DNA of 64,000 nt from an uncultured cyanobacterium (GCA_963803805.1 CAWDOD010000009.1:64001-128000), one strand, 5' to 3'; positions 52,806 to 63,790 are shown, counted from the stretch's first letter. Notes: generated by a model from the letters alone, not told the origin. Numbers and translations are program-made.

Positions 52806-53168
52806 GTGGGATTGCCCAAAGCAAACCGACTCAGACACAGAAAAGACTTCCAGCAAGTTTACCGCAAAGGAATTCGTTGCTCAGGGGGTTATTTAACTCT
52901 AAGAGCTTGGCAAGAATTCCCCCAGACAGAGATAATACCTAGTCGATTTGGTATTTCTATTAGTAAGAAAGTTAGCAAAAAAGCAGTGGTTCGTAATCGT
53001 ATTAAAAGGCAACTTAAAGGGGCTATACGCGAATTACTAAAACAAATCTCCCCAGGCTGGAAAGTAGTCTTAGTGGTTAAACCAGAAGCGCGAGGATGCG
53101 AATATGAACATTTTTTGCGAGAATTGAAGAAGTTATTGACAAAAGCTGAGGTATTACATGGGCATTAA
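52806..53168 (+). CDS. rnpA: Ribonuclease P protein component
   Basis: LPKANRL, RFGISISKKVSKKAVVRNRIKR. Confidence 0.97.
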   Translation: MGLPKANRLRHRKDFQQVYRKGIRCSGGYLTLRAWQEFPQTEIIPSRFGISISKKVSKKAVVRNRIKRQLKGAIRELLKQISPGWKVVLVVKPEARGCEYEHFLRELKKLLTKAEVLHGH

Positions 53169-53550
53169 AGAAGAAACTTTTTATGAAGGAGGGCCTCACG
53201 TCGGCGATCTAATTATCGGAATTCTATTAGGCTTTACTGTTATCTGCTTGCCCTTAACTGTAGGAGCAATAGTCCGCGCCCTTTGGTTGAGATACCGAAT
53301 CACCGACCGCCGCATCTCGATAACTGGGGGATTTAGAGGCCGCGATCGCATGGATATTATTTATTCAGAAGTTATTAAAGTAGTTAAAGTTGCCAGGGGT
53401 GTTGGACTGTGGGGAGATATAGTTGTTACCCTCCGAGATAAGAGTCGTTTAGAAATGCGGGCAGTTCCTAACCATCGGGAAATTTATAATTACATAGCCG
53501 AAAAAGCAGCAGCGAAAACAGGTAGACCCGTCGATGCAATTAAAAGTTAA
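53158..53550 (+). CDS. Bacterial PH-domain membrane protein
   Basis: FYEGGPH.GDL, WLRYRITDRRISITGG; conserved position between rnpA and yidC. Confidence 0.85.
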   Translation: MGIKEETFYEGGPHVGDLIIGILLGFTVICLPLTVGAIVRALWLRYRITDRRISITGGFRGRDRMDIIYSEVIKVVKVARGVGLWGDIVVTLRDKSRLEMRAVPNHREIYNYIAEKAAAKTGRPVDAIKS

Positions 53551-53610
53551 CGGCTCAAGTAAGTAATAATAATCACAGATCATTAATCAATAATTACTAA
53601 TAACAGACGA

Positions 53611-54762
53611 ATGGACTTTGGTATTGGGTTTCTTTCCACTAACATCATGTTGCCAATCCTGGATTTTTTCTACGGGATTGTGCCATCTTACGGATTTGCG
53701 ATTGTTGCTCTCACCCTAGTAATTCGCTTTGCTGTCTATCCCCTCAGCGCAAAATCCATTCGCAGTATGAGGCAAATGCGAATCTCCCAACCGGCAATGC
53801 AAAAAAGGGTCAAGGAGATTCAGGAACGTTATAAAAACGATCCTACCAAGCAACAGCAAGCGATGAGCGAAGTATACAAAGAATTTGGTAATCCCTTGGG
53901 GGGCTGTTTGCCAATTTTGTTGCAAATGCCAATTCTGTTTGCTTTATTTGCTACTTTAAGGGGATCACCTTTTAGCAACATCAACTATACAGTCGATTTA
54001 CAAGTTTTTCCCAGGGAACAGATAGAGTTGATCCAACCTGAACCCTTTAGTACTAAACCTCAAACAATTTATGTTGATAATGGTGTTCGTTACCCAGTGG
54101 TAGCCAATGCCCCAGCCGGCAAAAAATTGGTTGTCGGGGAAAAGACACAACTTCAATTCCAAACACCTAGCGGTAAAAGCTTACAAACCTTAATTGCGGA
54201 AAATTCAGACGAAAAGATTAAACCCCAATGGCAAATTACCAAGGGGGAAGATAAGGTTAAAATCAACTCTGACGGCACTCTCGAAGCCCTAGCACCAGGA
54301 GAAGTCACGGTACAAGGGACAGTACCTGGATTAGCAGCTAACGAAGGTTTCTTGTTCATTAAAGCCCTTGGTCGTGTTGGTGCTACCGGAGAAAATGGTG
54401 CTATCCACTGGGATATCTTTGGTATGGTGCTATTCTTTGGGCTTAGCTTGTATGCTAACCAGCTTTTATCTGGACAGCAAAACAATGCGGCAAATCCTCA
54501 ACAACAAACTATTAGTAAAATAACTCCGGTACTTTTTTCAGGGATGTTCTTATTCTTCCCTTTGCCCGCCGGTGTATTAATGTACATGGTTATTGCTAAT
54601 ATTTTCCAAACTCTTCAGACTTTCATTTTAATGCGAGAACCTTTACCAGAAAACTTACAAAAAATTGTTGAAGAGCAAGAGAAGAAAGAGAAAAAGGAAG
54701 AAGGTACAGATATCTTACCTTTTGAAAAACGTTCCAAGAAAAAAGAAAAACCATCAGGGTAG
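53611..54762 (+). CDS. yidC: Membrane protein insertase YidC
   Basis: [38 protein letters not shown]. Confidence 0.97.
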   Translation: MDFGIGFLSTNIMLPILDFFYGIVPSYGFAIVALTLVIRFAVYPLSAKSIRSMRQMRISQPAMQKRVKEIQERYKNDPTKQQQAMSEVYKEFGNPLGGCLPILLQMPILFALFATLRGSPFSNINYTVDLQVFPREQIELIQPEPFSTKPQTIYVDNGVRYPVVANAPAGKKLVVGEKTQLQFQTPSGKSLQTLIAENSDEKIKPQWQITKGEDKVKINSDGTLEALAPGEVTVQGTVPGLAANEGFLFIKALGRVGATGENGAIHWDIFGMVLFFGLSLYANQLLSGQQNNAANPQQQTISKITPVLFSGMFLFFPLPAGVLMYMVIANIFQTLQTFILMREPLPENLQKIVEEQEKKEKKEEGTDILPFEKRSKKKEKPSG

Positions 54763-54767
54763 ATAGC

Positions 54768-54802
54768 AAGTAATAAGTAACAAGTAATAAGTAATAAGTA
54801 AG
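54768..54802 (+). repeat. Heptamer tandem repeat (AAGTAAT x5, STRR-like)
   Basis: AAGTAAT AAGTAAC AAGTAAT AAGTAAT AAGTAAG, followed by a partly complementary tract. Confidence 0.75.
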
Positions 54803-54858
54803 ATTAACTATTATTCCTATTACTTGATTGCCTGTCGAGTGAATTCAAGGGGTATTAA

Positions 54859-55350
54859 GTGATGATTGATCAAGCACAACATGGCCAGGAATGGTTAGAA
54901 AAACTGTTAACTTTGATGGGGCTTTCTCCCCAAGTAGAAATATCTCAACCCGATTTTGAGAGTGACTCAAAAGCTTGTTGGCTAACTATCAACCAAGCTG
55001 AACTAGACCAAGAACAAATTGAAACCTTAATTGGGCCCCAAGGTAAAACCCTAGATGCCATTCAGTACTTAGCTAATGCTTTAGTTAATTTAGGACAAGA
55101 ATCTGATACCCAAAGGGCGCTTACCATCGAACTCGACAGTTACCGAATCCGCCGCCAAAAAGAACTGCACACCATGGCAACGGAAGTAGCCCAACAAGTA
55201 CGAGAAACTGGGCAAGAACAAGAAATTCAATCTCTATCCTCCGCAGAACGCCGTCAAATTCATAACTTTTTAGAAAAGTCGGAAGATTTGATCACAGAAA
55301 GTCGAGGACAAGAACCCCATCGAAATTTAGTGGTAAGATTGCGAGATTGA
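54859..55350 (+). CDS. jag: Jag/EloR-family KH-R3H RNA-binding protein
   Basis: LIGPQGKTLDAIQYL, LSSAERRQIH, SRGQEPHR. Confidence 0.9.
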   Translation: MMIDQAQHGQEWLEKLLTLMGLSPQVEISQPDFESDSKACWLTINQAELDQEQIETLIGPQGKTLDAIQYLANALVNLGQESDTQRALTIELDSYRIRRQKELHTMATEVAQQVRETGQEQEIQSLSSAERRQIHNFLEKSEDLITESRGQEPHRNLVVRLRD

Positions 55351-55488
55351 GATGGGAAATAAAAGACATTAAGGAGTAGGGGAAGTAATAACTAACCTTT
55401 CTTTAACAAGTAGCAACTAGTAATTAGCTGTTAGCTATTACCTAACCCAAAGCGATATAGAAATACATTTTTTAGACAAAAAAGAACT

Positions 55489-55989
55489 ATGGAACCTATC
55501 CATATTCCCCAATTACTCAAAGCACCAGAGAAGACAGAGGAAATTCAACTTCAAGAGTCTTTTGCTGAGCTAAAAACCCTGATGCCAGTGCGAGGATTAC
55601 TACGAGTGACTCATCAAGGTACTTATTTAGAAGTGACAGCTAAAGCAGAAGCTATTGTTACTTTAAGTTGTGATCGTTGTTTACAACAGTACAATCATCG
55701 CCTATCTCTAGATACGCAGGAACTAATTTGGTTAGAAGAAACCCCTTTAAATTCCTTGCCTTTAGAACAAGAAATTGCTTTTGAAGAGTTAACAGAAACC
55801 TTAAATCCTCAAGGCTATTTTGAAGTTAATACTTGGTTATATGAACAGCTTTGTTTAGCTTTACCCTGGAAAAAAGTTTGTTCTTCTGATTGTCAAATTA
55901 CTCCAGTAAATTCTGCCCAAGAGTCCCTTTTAGATAGTCGTTGGTCAAGTCTAGAAACCCTCAAGAAACAATTGATAGTTGATAATTGA
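55489..55989 (+). CDS. YceD/DUF177 family protein
   Basis: CDRCL, YEQLCLALP...C..DC, DSRWSSL. Confidence 0.9.
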   Translation: MEPIHIPQLLKAPEKTEEIQLQESFAELKTLMPVRGLLRVTHQGTYLEVTAKAEAIVTLSCDRCLQQYNHRLSLDTQELIWLEETPLNSLPLEQEIAFEELTETLNPQGYFEVNTWLYEQLCLALPWKKVCSSDCQITPVNSAQESLLDSRWSSLETLKKQLIVDN

Positions 55990-56025
55990 ATACCTTGATA
56001 ACTGCTCACATTAAGCATTGAAAAA

Positions 56026-57540
56026 ATGAGCTTTGGTGAAGAATTTGAATTACTCCTACGGGCTTGTTATCCTTTAATTTATATTCCTACCTTAGAGGAA
56101 GAAAGGTTAGAAAAAGCGATCAGCACTTCCGCTAACCGGTTGGGAAAGCGGGTTGTTTATACTTGGGATTTTGTTGATGGCTATCAAGATAATCCCAATA
56201 ATGCTGGGGTAGGAAAACGTAACCCTTTACAAGCGCTAGAATATATCGAAAAGTTACCTCAACAGGCTAAGGGAATTTTTATTCTGCGGGACTTTCAAAG
56301 GTTTTTAGAAGATGTTGCTATCTCTCGCAAGTTGCGTAATTTAGCCAGGGTGTTGAAGGCGCAACAAAAAAATATTGTAATCATTTCTGCTAACGTTAAT
56401 ATTCCTGCTGATTTAACAGAAGTTTTGACGGTGGTAGATTTCCCCTTACCTACAGCGAAAGAAATTAGGGAGGAAGTAACACGATTGCTATCTGGTACTA
56501 ACCAGTCTTTAGCTAATAATTTATTGGATGAGTTGGTACGTTCAGCTAGGGGTTTATCCCTAGAAAGAATACGCCGAGTTCTCACTTTAGCCATTGCTAC
56601 CCACGGGCAATTACAGCCAGAAGATGTGGAATTAGTCTTAGAAGAAAAGCGTCAGTCCATTCGCCAAACTCAAATTCTTGACTTTTACCCTGCTACTGAA
56701 AAGATTGACGATATTGGTGGTTTAGATAATTTAAAAGATTGGTTATTGCGGCGGGGGGGGGCTTTTAGTGAAAAAGCGAGGGCTTATGGTTTGCCTCATC
56801 CCCGTGGTTTACTGTTGGTAGGAATTCAAGGGACAGGAAAATCTCTCACTGCCAAAGCTATTGCCCATCATTGGCATCTGCCCCTACTACGCTTAGATGT
56901 GGGACGTTTATTCGCTGGCTTAGTCGGAGAATCAGAATCTCGGACTCGACAAACCATTAACTTAGCAGAAGCTCTTTCCCCCTGTATCCTCTGGATTGAT
57001 GAAATTGATAAAGCTTTTTCTGGGTTGGAAGGCAAAGGTGACTCTGGGACAACTAGCCGGGTTTTTGGGACTTTTATTAACTGGTTAGCAGAAAAACAAT
57101 CTCCTGTATTTGTAGTAGCCACAGCGAATAATATTCGTTCCTTACCTGCGGAAATGTTGCGTAAAGGCAGATTTGATGAAATATTTTTTGTAGGCTTGCC
57201 CTCCCAAGAAGAACGTCGGGCTATTTATGCTGTACATTTGTCTCGATTGCGCCCCCACAACTTACCAAATTACGACTTAGAAAGACTCGCCTATGAAACA
57301 CCCGATTTTTCCGGGGCAGAAATTGAACAAACCATCATTGAAGCAATGCACATTGGCTTTAGCCAAAATCGTGACTTCACCACCGATGATATCCTAGAAG
57401 CAGCGAGTCAAACTATCCCCTTAGCTAGGACAGCCCAAGAACAAATTCAATTCTTACAAGACTGGGCAGCAGCAGGAAAAGCACGTCTTGCCTCTAAGGA
57501 TAGCCGTTTAAGCGATCGCATTCAACGCCATCTTAAGTGA
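56026..57540 (+). CDS. ycf46: Ycf46-family AAA+ ATPase
   Basis: GIQGTGKS, LRLDVGRLFAGLVGESE, WIDEIDKAF, LRKGRFDEIFFV. Confidence 0.92.
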   Translation: MSFGEEFELLLRACYPLIYIPTLEEERLEKAISTSANRLGKRVVYTWDFVDGYQDNPNNAGVGKRNPLQALEYIEKLPQQAKGIFILRDFQRFLEDVAISRKLRNLARVLKAQQKNIVIISANVNIPADLTEVLTVVDFPLPTAKEIREEVTRLLSGTNQSLANNLLDELVRSARGLSLERIRRVLTLAIATHGQLQPEDVELVLEEKRQSIRQTQILDFYPATEKIDDIGGLDNLKDWLLRRGGAFSEKARAYGLPHPRGLLLVGIQGTGKSLTAKAIAHHWHLPLLRLDVGRLFAGLVGESESRTRQTINLAEALSPCILWIDEIDKAFSGLEGKGDSGTTSRVFGTFINWLAEKQSPVFVVATANNIRSLPAEMLRKGRFDEIFFVGLPSQEERRAIYAVHLSRLRPHNLPNYDLERLAYETPDFSGAEIEQTIIEAMHIGFSQNRDFTTDDILEAASQTIPLARTAQEQIQFLQDWAAAGKARLASKDSRLSDRIQRHLK

Positions 57541-57642
57541 ATAGATACTTTTTCTCGGAATTATTCTAGAAGAGAAGAAAAGAGAAAATAGTTTTAAAAT
57601 AAGCTACGAAAGAAAACTCCTAAGCAAAATTCAAAGAAAATA

Positions 57643-58116
57643 ATGAAGACAATTTCCCGGCTTTTACAATTTATTATTGGCTTTATTGTCGGTATAACTA
57701 TTTTGGGGGGGGTAGGTTTTGCTGCTGGGTATTATTTCTTTACAAAAATGTCAGCAAGTCCTCCCAGGCCAGTTTTTGCCGAAGAACAAGGTAAAGAAGC
57801 TGAATCAGCTTCCAAGAAAGAAGAAAAGCCTCAAGCTGAAGTAAGTCCTACAGAAGAGGATGAGGAAGAAGACAATAAGGAAGAGGAAGAGGAATTAGAA
57901 CCGGGGGCTTACAAAGCAACAGTAAATTGGCCCGATGGTTTGATTTTACGGGATCAACCCGATGAAGATGCTGGGCAACTGGGGGGTATTGGTTTTGAGG
58001 AAGAAGTTATTGTCCTCAAAGAAAGCGAGAATGGCAAATGGCAACAAGTACGTATTCCTGACAGCGATCGCCAAGGTTGGGTTAAGGGGGGAAATGTGGA
58101 TAAGGTGGAGGAATAA
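57643..58116 (+). CDS. Membrane-anchored SH3-domain protein
   Basis: N-terminal TM, acidic linker, GLILRDQP...WQQVR...GWVKGGNV. Confidence 0.85.
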   Translation: MKTISRLLQFIIGFIVGITILGGVGFAAGYYFFTKMSASPPRPVFAEEQGKEAESASKKEEKPQAEVSPTEEDEEEDNKEEEEELEPGAYKATVNWPDGLILRDQPDEDAGQLGGIGFEEEVIVLKESENGKWQQVRIPDSDRQGWVKGGNVDKVEE

Positions 58117-58133
58117 GGTAAGTAGGGCTGGTT

Positions 58134-59726
58134 TTAAGTTTTTGTTTCCAGTAGATCAAGAATTTCCTCGTAACGGAAATTCTTAACCAAATCCACCAGT
58201 TGATTTTTCAAGTTTACTTGTTCTGATGGGATTTGCTCTAAAATTTCAAAAATCAACTTATCATTTAATTTAGCCACTGCTTCATATAGTTGAGTTGCCC
58301 ATTCTTTGGGCATGATCTCTAAGCTTTCTGGAGTCAAATTATTAGCTGTAACCTTGGATATTAGCTCTTTGGAAGTTATACTAACTTCTGAGAATTGCTG
58401 ATTAGGACTTTGAGTTTGACTTGACTTTTCTACTAAAATATTAAACTGAAAAATACTCCCTTTACCAACTTGAGAATTAACAGAAATATCCCCTCCCATC
58501 ATTTGTACAAATTTGCGACTAATAGCTAGTCCTAACCCAGTTCCTTGGTGTGATTTTCGCCCTATTTCTGTTTGGATAAAAGCTTTAAACAATTGCTCTA
58601 TTTCTTCTAGGGCAATACCTGCTCCAGTATCTTCTATGGTAAAAGTGAGACTTGTTAATTCGTTTTTTTGATCTCCTGCTGATTCTTTCACTCCCAGGGT
58701 AACTTGTCCTTTCTCAGTAAATTTAATTGCATTGTCCAAAAGATTAATCAAAACCTGGCGTAACTTACTTTCATCAGTGCGGATATATTGAGAGATATTG
58801 GGAGAGTAATCAAAAATAAGCTGTAAACCTTTATTGTCTGCTTGCAATTTAAGCATCTTCTGAAGAAAGTTTAAAAGGTAATGTAGGTCAAAATTCTTCT
58901 TATTTAAGGCGGTTTTATTTGCTTCAATTCTTGACATTTCCAGGACATTATTAATTAAACCGAGCAAGTGTTGTCCACTTTGGTTAATAATGTTGAGAGT
59001 TTCTTTTTCTTGGGGAGTAGTAGAAGAAGTTCGGTAAAGTAATTGACTGAAGCCGATAATAGAATTGAGGGGAGTACGGAATTCGTGACTCATGTTAGCC
59101 AGGAAAGTACTTCTTGCTCTGTTGGCAGATTCTGCTTCATGTTTAGCTTGGACAAGGGCCACATTTTTGCTGGCTAGTTCTCGACGATGGTTCTCTATAG
59201 TTACTAAATCTCGATAACTTCTTAAAGCAGAGATAGTTGTGGTCAAGAGCTTTTTTTTAGTTAAGTCTACTTTAAGTTTGTAATCATTAATATCATAATC
59301 TAGAATTACTGATTCTTCTGGGGCCTCTCCTGGTTGTCCAGTACGTAAAATAATGCGAATCAAGTCGTTCTTTAATTTTTGCCGTATATATTGAACAACT
59401 TCTAAACCAGAGTTATCTGTTTCCATAACCACATCTAACAACATAAACGCAGTATCTGGATTAGCTAGTATTAACTCTTTAGCTACTTGCCCCGAATAAG
59501 CTGACAAAAAGGTTAGGGGTTTGCCTTCAAAATGAAATCTTTTTAAAGCCAATTTAGTAGCTTGATGCACTTCAGGATCATCATCTACAATCATGACTTT
59601 CCAGACATCAGTTTCTATACTTGTTTGGCTACTGTCCTGTTGTAAATTAGGATTAGTTTCTTCTTCTTCTTCAAAAACTAAAACATCATCCTCTTCTGGA
59701 ACAGAATTTAGGTTTTCATTGCCCAT
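58134..59726 (-). CDS. Hybrid sensor kinase (REC-HisKA-HATPase)
   Basis: VMIVDDD...LLDVVME, FLANMSHEFRTPLN, NLLDNAIKFT, DTGAGI, GTGLGL. Confidence 0.92.
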   Translation of the reverse strand: MGNENLNSVPEEDDVLVFEEEEETNPNLQQDSSQTSIETDVWKVMIVDDDPEVHQATKLALKRFHFEGKPLTFLSAYSGQVAKELILANPDTAFMLLDVVMETDNSGLEVVQYIRQKLKNDLIRIILRTGQPGEAPEESVILDYDINDYKLKVDLTKKKLLTTTISALRSYRDLVTIENHRRELASKNVALVQAKHEAESANRARSTFLANMSHEFRTPLNSIIGFSQLLYRTSSTTPQEKETLNIINQSGQHLLGLINNVLEMSRIEANKTALNKKNFDLHYLLNFLQKMLKLQADNKGLQLIFDYSPNISQYIRTDESKLRQVLINLLDNAIKFTEKGQVTLGVKESAGDQKNELTSLTFTIEDTGAGIALEEIEQLFKAFIQTEIGRKSHQGTGLGLAISRKFVQMMGGDISVNSQVGKGSIFQFNILVEKSSQTQSPNQQFSEVSITSKELISKVTANNLTPESLEIMPKEWATQLYEAVAKLNDKLIFEILEQIPSEQVNLKNQLVDLVKNFRYEEILDLLETKT

Positions 59727-59758
59727 TGTTATATTTTATCAAGTAAGCTATTGGAAAT

Positions 59759-61042
59759 TTAAGAGGTTTGATTTAATAAAGAAGGTAGGCTAATCTTAAA
59801 TATTGTTCCCGAACCCTCCTTACTTTGAACTTGGACTGTTCCTTGGAGCTTTTGTGTTACTAAGTTGTAAACAAGATGCAATCCTAAACCACTACCTCCT
59901 CTGTTTCTAGCTGTAGTGAAAAAAGGCTCAAAGATTTTAGCCAGATTTTCTTGATTAATACCTTGGCCATCATCTCTATACTCAATTTCTACTCTATCTT
60001 TTTGTTGCTCAATTGCAAAGTGTAATGAACCTGACTTTCCTGGCTGATAGCCATGGATGAGAGAATTCATCACTAAGTTAGTAACAATTTGTGAAAAAGC
60101 ACCGGGATAACTTTCTACCTCAATAGTGTCATCTCCTTCCAAGGTTAAGGTATGGGAAGTTTTTTTCAATTGTGGTTTGAGGCTGATGATAACTTCGCTT
60201 AAATAGGGTTTAATAGCAAAACGACGTACTTCTAAGTTGGCTTGGTCTACAGCAACTTGTTTGAAGCTTTGGACTAATTCTCCAGCACGCTGTAAATTAT
60301 GAAGAATGAGTTGGCTGCTTTCTTGGGCTAAGTCTAAATATTCTTCTAAGATAGAACGTTTTAAATTCCCTTGATTAAAAGCGGTATGCAAAGCTCTTGT
60401 TTCATCAGCTAATGTAGAAGCAGCAGTAATTCCTGTACCGACAGGGGTATTGATTTCATGGGCAACTCCAGCCACCAAATTACCTAAAGCTGCCATTTTT
60501 TCTACTTCAATTAGTTGTTTTTGAGTTGCTTTGAGTTGCTGTAAAGTCTTTTGTAATCCCTGTTCTGCTAATTTTCTTTGCTCAATTTCTTCTTGCAGGA
60601 GAAGATTTTTATTTTCTAAGGCATTAGTTAAACTTTGTAAGTGTAAATGAACCTTGATGCGAGCTAAAACTTCTTCTGAGCGGATTGGTTTGGTAATATA
60701 ATCTACTGCCCCTAAAGACAAACCTTTTACTTTGTTAATCGTATCATTAAGAGCCGTCATAAAAATCACAGGAATAGCTGTAGTTAAGCTATTTTCCTTG
60801 AGACGGCGACAGGTTTCAAATCCGTCAATTCCCGGCATCATTACGTCTAACAAAATTAAGTCTGGCGGTCTATATTTGGCGAGTTCAAGAGTACTTTCAC
60901 CATCGGTAGCAACCGCAACTTTAAAACCATTATTGTTTAAAGTTGTAGAGATCACTTCTAAGTTGGTAGGATTATCGTCAACTACTAAGATAATGTAATT
61001 ATGGCTACTAAAATCACTGGGATTTTCTAAGAGCAAACCCAT
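59759..61042 (-). CDS. Hybrid sensor kinase (REC-HisKA-HATPase)
   Basis: ILVVDDN...LLDVMMPG, AGVAHEINTPVG, DDGQGI, GGSGLGL. Confidence 0.92.
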   Translation of the reverse strand: MGLLLENPSDFSSHNYIILVVDDNPTNLEVISTTLNNNGFKVAVATDGESTLELAKYRPPDLILLDVMMPGIDGFETCRRLKENSLTTAIPVIFMTALNDTINKVKGLSLGAVDYITKPIRSEEVLARIKVHLHLQSLTNALENKNLLLQEEIEQRKLAEQGLQKTLQQLKATQKQLIEVEKMAALGNLVAGVAHEINTPVGTGITAASTLADETRALHTAFNQGNLKRSILEEYLDLAQESSQLILHNLQRAGELVQSFKQVAVDQANLEVRRFAIKPYLSEVIISLKPQLKKTSHTLTLEGDDTIEVESYPGAFSQIVTNLVMNSLIHGYQPGKSGSLHFAIEQQKDRVEIEYRDDGQGINQENLAKIFEPFFTTARNRGGSGLGLHLVYNLVTQKLQGTVQVQSKEGSGTIFKISLPSLLNQTS

Positions 61043-61114
61043 GAACTTCCTATAAAAAACAAATGTTTTTTTATCTTAACCCTTGCTCTTTTTATTGACC
61101 TGAGAGCAAAAAGC

Positions 61115-61486
61115 TTATCTTAGGGTCATAGCTATACTAATAATTAAAATAATTAGCAAAACTACTAGCCATCGATTGTGCCAACACCAATTTTTAATGG
61201 TTTGGCTTAAGCCATAGGTCTGATAAACAGGTCGTTCTAACTGAGCTTCGGTAGGTTTATTGATATCTTGGTAGAGAGTACAGGTTTTAGCATAGGGGCG
61301 CTTAGGGAAAGTACAAGTATCATCTAGATGATACTTGCAGCTAGGGCAAAGAAATGTTCTTTCTGGAGCATGGTATAAAGGCATACCAGGATGACCAAAA
61401 GCCTTAAGCTCATAACCACAATGAGGACAGTTAACGTTCTCTGTATCGATGTTTTGGTGGCAACGAGGGCAATTGGATATAGACAT
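61115..61486 (-). CDS. Zinc-ribbon protein with C-terminal TM helix
   Basis: CPRC, CPHC, CPSC motifs; hydrophobic C-terminus. Confidence 0.75.
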   Translation of the reverse strand: MSISNCPRCHQNIDTENVNCPHCGYELKAFGHPGMPLYHAPERTFLCPSCKYHLDDTCTFPKRPYAKTCTLYQDINKPTEAQLERPVYQTYGLSQTIKNWCWHNRWLVVLLIILIISIAMTLR

Positions 61487-61657
61487 TGGTTAAAGTTGTA
61501 TGGGCTTATCTTTAGGGGAGGTTGATTTACAAAGTAAGGGCGAATCACCGATTCCTGGTAGGGTAAACCGTCCTCAGCTAACTATTTAAGTAATAGTTTA
61601 ATTGTGCCATCATAAAAGGGTCGTGGCTTTAGCTGACTTACTATCTAAAAAAGTATT

Positions 61658-61981
61658 ATGGATGATAATAATTTTCTCAAACAACTATTAATGGTCGGTG
61701 TCGGCACAACTTCTTTAGCGGCAGAAAGATTACGAGAAGTTAGCCAAGAATGGGTAAAAGAAGGCAAAATTAATCCCGATCAGGCTAAGGGTATGGTAGA
61801 TGATCTTATGGATCATCTCAAGTCTGAACAAGGCAACTTTGAAGGCCAGATGGAACGGCAATTGCGTAATATGTTGCAAGACTTAGGAGTATCTCGCCAA
61901 TCAGAAGTGGATGAATTGCGCGGACGCATAGACCGTCTAGAACGTCAAGTGCGGGATCTAGAAAATAAACTGTGGCGTTAG
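61658..61981 (+). CDS. Phasin-family / coiled-coil protein
   Basis: LLMVGVG...EWVKEGKI...QSEVDELRGRIDRLE. Confidence 0.75.
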   Translation: MDDNNFLKQLLMVGVGTTSLAAERLREVSQEWVKEGKINPDQAKGMVDDLMDHLKSEQGNFEGQMERQLRNMLQDLGVSRQSEVDELRGRIDRLERQVRDLENKLWR

Positions 61982-62023
61982 GCTGTATACTGCCAACCTG
62001 TAGCCCTCCCAGAGGAAGAGTAA

Positions 62024-62584
62024 ATGAAAGAGATATTAATTAGTTTTGGGGTAATTGTTGTTTGTGGTTTAGTATTAGCAGTCTCTATGTTGTTTACTAA
62101 CGGTAAACCTCAAGAGTCTATTGCTGCTGAGTTGAATCAACCTCAAGTAATAACAACCCAAGTACCACAAGCTAAAGTAAATAATGATGCTAGGACTCTA
62201 GCTGCAAATATTAAAGCAAATAAGGAAAACATTGATATGGACAACGCTGTAACAACTTCTTCTGGACTAAAGTACATTGATATTGAAGAAGGAGATGGTG
62301 CTAGCCCCAGTAAAGGGCAAACTGTAGTTGTTCACTACACAGGAACTTTAGAAGATGGTAAAAAGTTTGATAGTTCCCGCGATCGCAACCAACCTTTTGC
62401 TTTTAAAATTGGTGTTGGTCAGGTAATTAAAGGCTGGGATGAAGGTGTCGCTTCGATGAAAGTGAGTGGTCGTCGCCAACTTATTATTCCCTCAGAGTTA
62501 GGTTATGGAGCTAGAGGTGCTGGGGGTGTAATTCCTCCGAACGCAACCTTGATTTTTGATGTAGAACTTTTGGATATTAAGTAG
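62024..62584 (+). CDS. FKBP-type peptidyl-prolyl isomerase
   Basis: VVHYTGTLEDGKKFDSS, GQVIKGWDEG, IPPNATLIFDVEL. Confidence 0.96.
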   Translation: MKEILISFGVIVVCGLVLAVSMLFTNGKPQESIAAELNQPQVITTQVPQAKVNNDARTLAANIKANKENIDMDNAVTTSSGLKYIDIEEGDGASPSKGQTVVVHYTGTLEDGKKFDSSRDRNQPFAFKIGVGQVIKGWDEGVASMKVSGRRQLIIPSELGYGARGAGGVIPPNATLIFDVELLDIK

Positions 62585-62623
62585 GGACAAGGGGCAGATC
62601 GCCCCTATACCTATATTACCAAA

Positions 62624-63790
62624 ATGCAAATTTATCTTGATTACAGCGCCACCACCCCAGCTAGATCAGAAGTTATTGCGACTATGCAAGAAATTCTTTC
62701 TCAGCAGTGGGGAAATCCTTCTAGCTTGCATGAATGGGGGCAACGTGCCGCAACGGTTCTAGAAAGGGCTAGGATGCAAGTGGCTAGCTTGATTAATGCT
62801 TATAATCCCGAAGAAGTTATTTTTACCTCTGGAGGGACAGAAGCTGATAATCTTGCCATTATGGGGGTTGTGGGGCAATATCCAACTCCTGAGCATTTAA
62901 TTATTTCTAGTGTGGAACATTCTGCCATTGCTGAACCAGTTAAGCTGTTGGAAAAATGGGGTTGGCAAGTTACTCAGTTGCCAGTTAATGAAAGAGGAAG
63001 AGTAAGCCCTTTAGATTTACAAGCTGCTTTGCAACCAAATACGGTTTTAGCTTCAGTTATATATGGGCAAAGCGAAGTAGGAACCTTGCAACCTATCGAA
63101 GATTTGGCGGAAATTGCTCACAATCGAGGGGTATTATTCCATACTGATGCAGTACAAGTGGTTGGTAGATTACCTATTGATGTACAAAGTTTAAAGGTAG
63201 ATTTACTTTCCCTTTCTGGACACAAAATTTATGGGCCTCAAGGTTCTGGTGCTTTGTATGTTAGAAAAGGTGTAGAATTAGTCCCTTTATTATCAGGAGG
63301 GGGGCAGGAGTTGAACTTGCGTTCAGGAACTCAAGCTGTGGCTACTATGGCAGGATTGGGAATAGCAGCAGAGTTAGCAGCCGTAGAAATGGCCACAGAA
63401 ACAATAAGATTGAGAGAGATGCGGAATCACCTTTTTGAACTTCTAGCAGATTCTCCTTACTTAATACCAACAGGAGAAAGATTACACAGACTTCCCCATC
63501 ACCTTAGTTTTCGTTTAACCCCAACTTCTTCTCAGGTAACAGGTAAAACTTTGGTACGCCAGTTGAATTTAGCTGGAATTGGTATTAGTGCTGGTTCAGC
63601 TTGTCACAGTGGTAAACTCTCTCCTAGCCCCATTTTGCTAGCTATGGGCTATGGTGAAGTAGCTGCTTTAGGGGGAATTCGCTTGAGTTTAGGCAAAGAT
63701 ACCACTAAAGCGGATGTCGATTGGGTGGCAGTGGTGTTAAAACAAATTTTAGCAAGACTGCTAAATCCTCTAGTCTCAGCTAAAGTTTAG
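62624..63790 (+). CDS. Cysteine desulfurase (IscS/NifS family)
   Basis: IYLDYSATT, FTSGGTEADN, HTDAVQ, SGHKIYGP, SAGSAC. Confidence 0.95.
   Translation: MQIYLDYSATTPARSEVIATMQEILSQQWGNPSSLHEWGQRAATVLERARMQVASLINAYNPEEVIFTSGGTEADNLAIMGVVGQYPTPEHLIISSVEHSAIAEPVKLLEKWGWQVTQLPVNERGRVSPLDLQAALQPNTVLASVIYGQSEVGTLQPIEDLAEIAHNRGVLFHTDAVQVVGRLPIDVQSLKVDLLSLSGHKIYGPQGSGALYVRKGVELVPLLSGGGQELNLRSGTQAVATMAGLGIAAELAAVEMATETIRLREMRNHLFELLADSPYLIPTGERLHRLPHHLSFRLTPTSSQVTGKTLVRQLNLAGIGISAGSACHSGKLSPSPILLAMGYGEVAALGGIRLSLGKDTTKADVDWVAVVLKQILARLLNPLVSAKV

Noticed and set aside
52639-52896. 85-aa ORF from the track
   Set aside because: Overlaps the real rpmH (52623..52760) and rnpA in another frame
62590-62606. 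AGGGGC-agatc-GCCCCT hairpin after the FKBP gene
   Set aside because: Ordinary REP-like intergenic palindrome with no further structure
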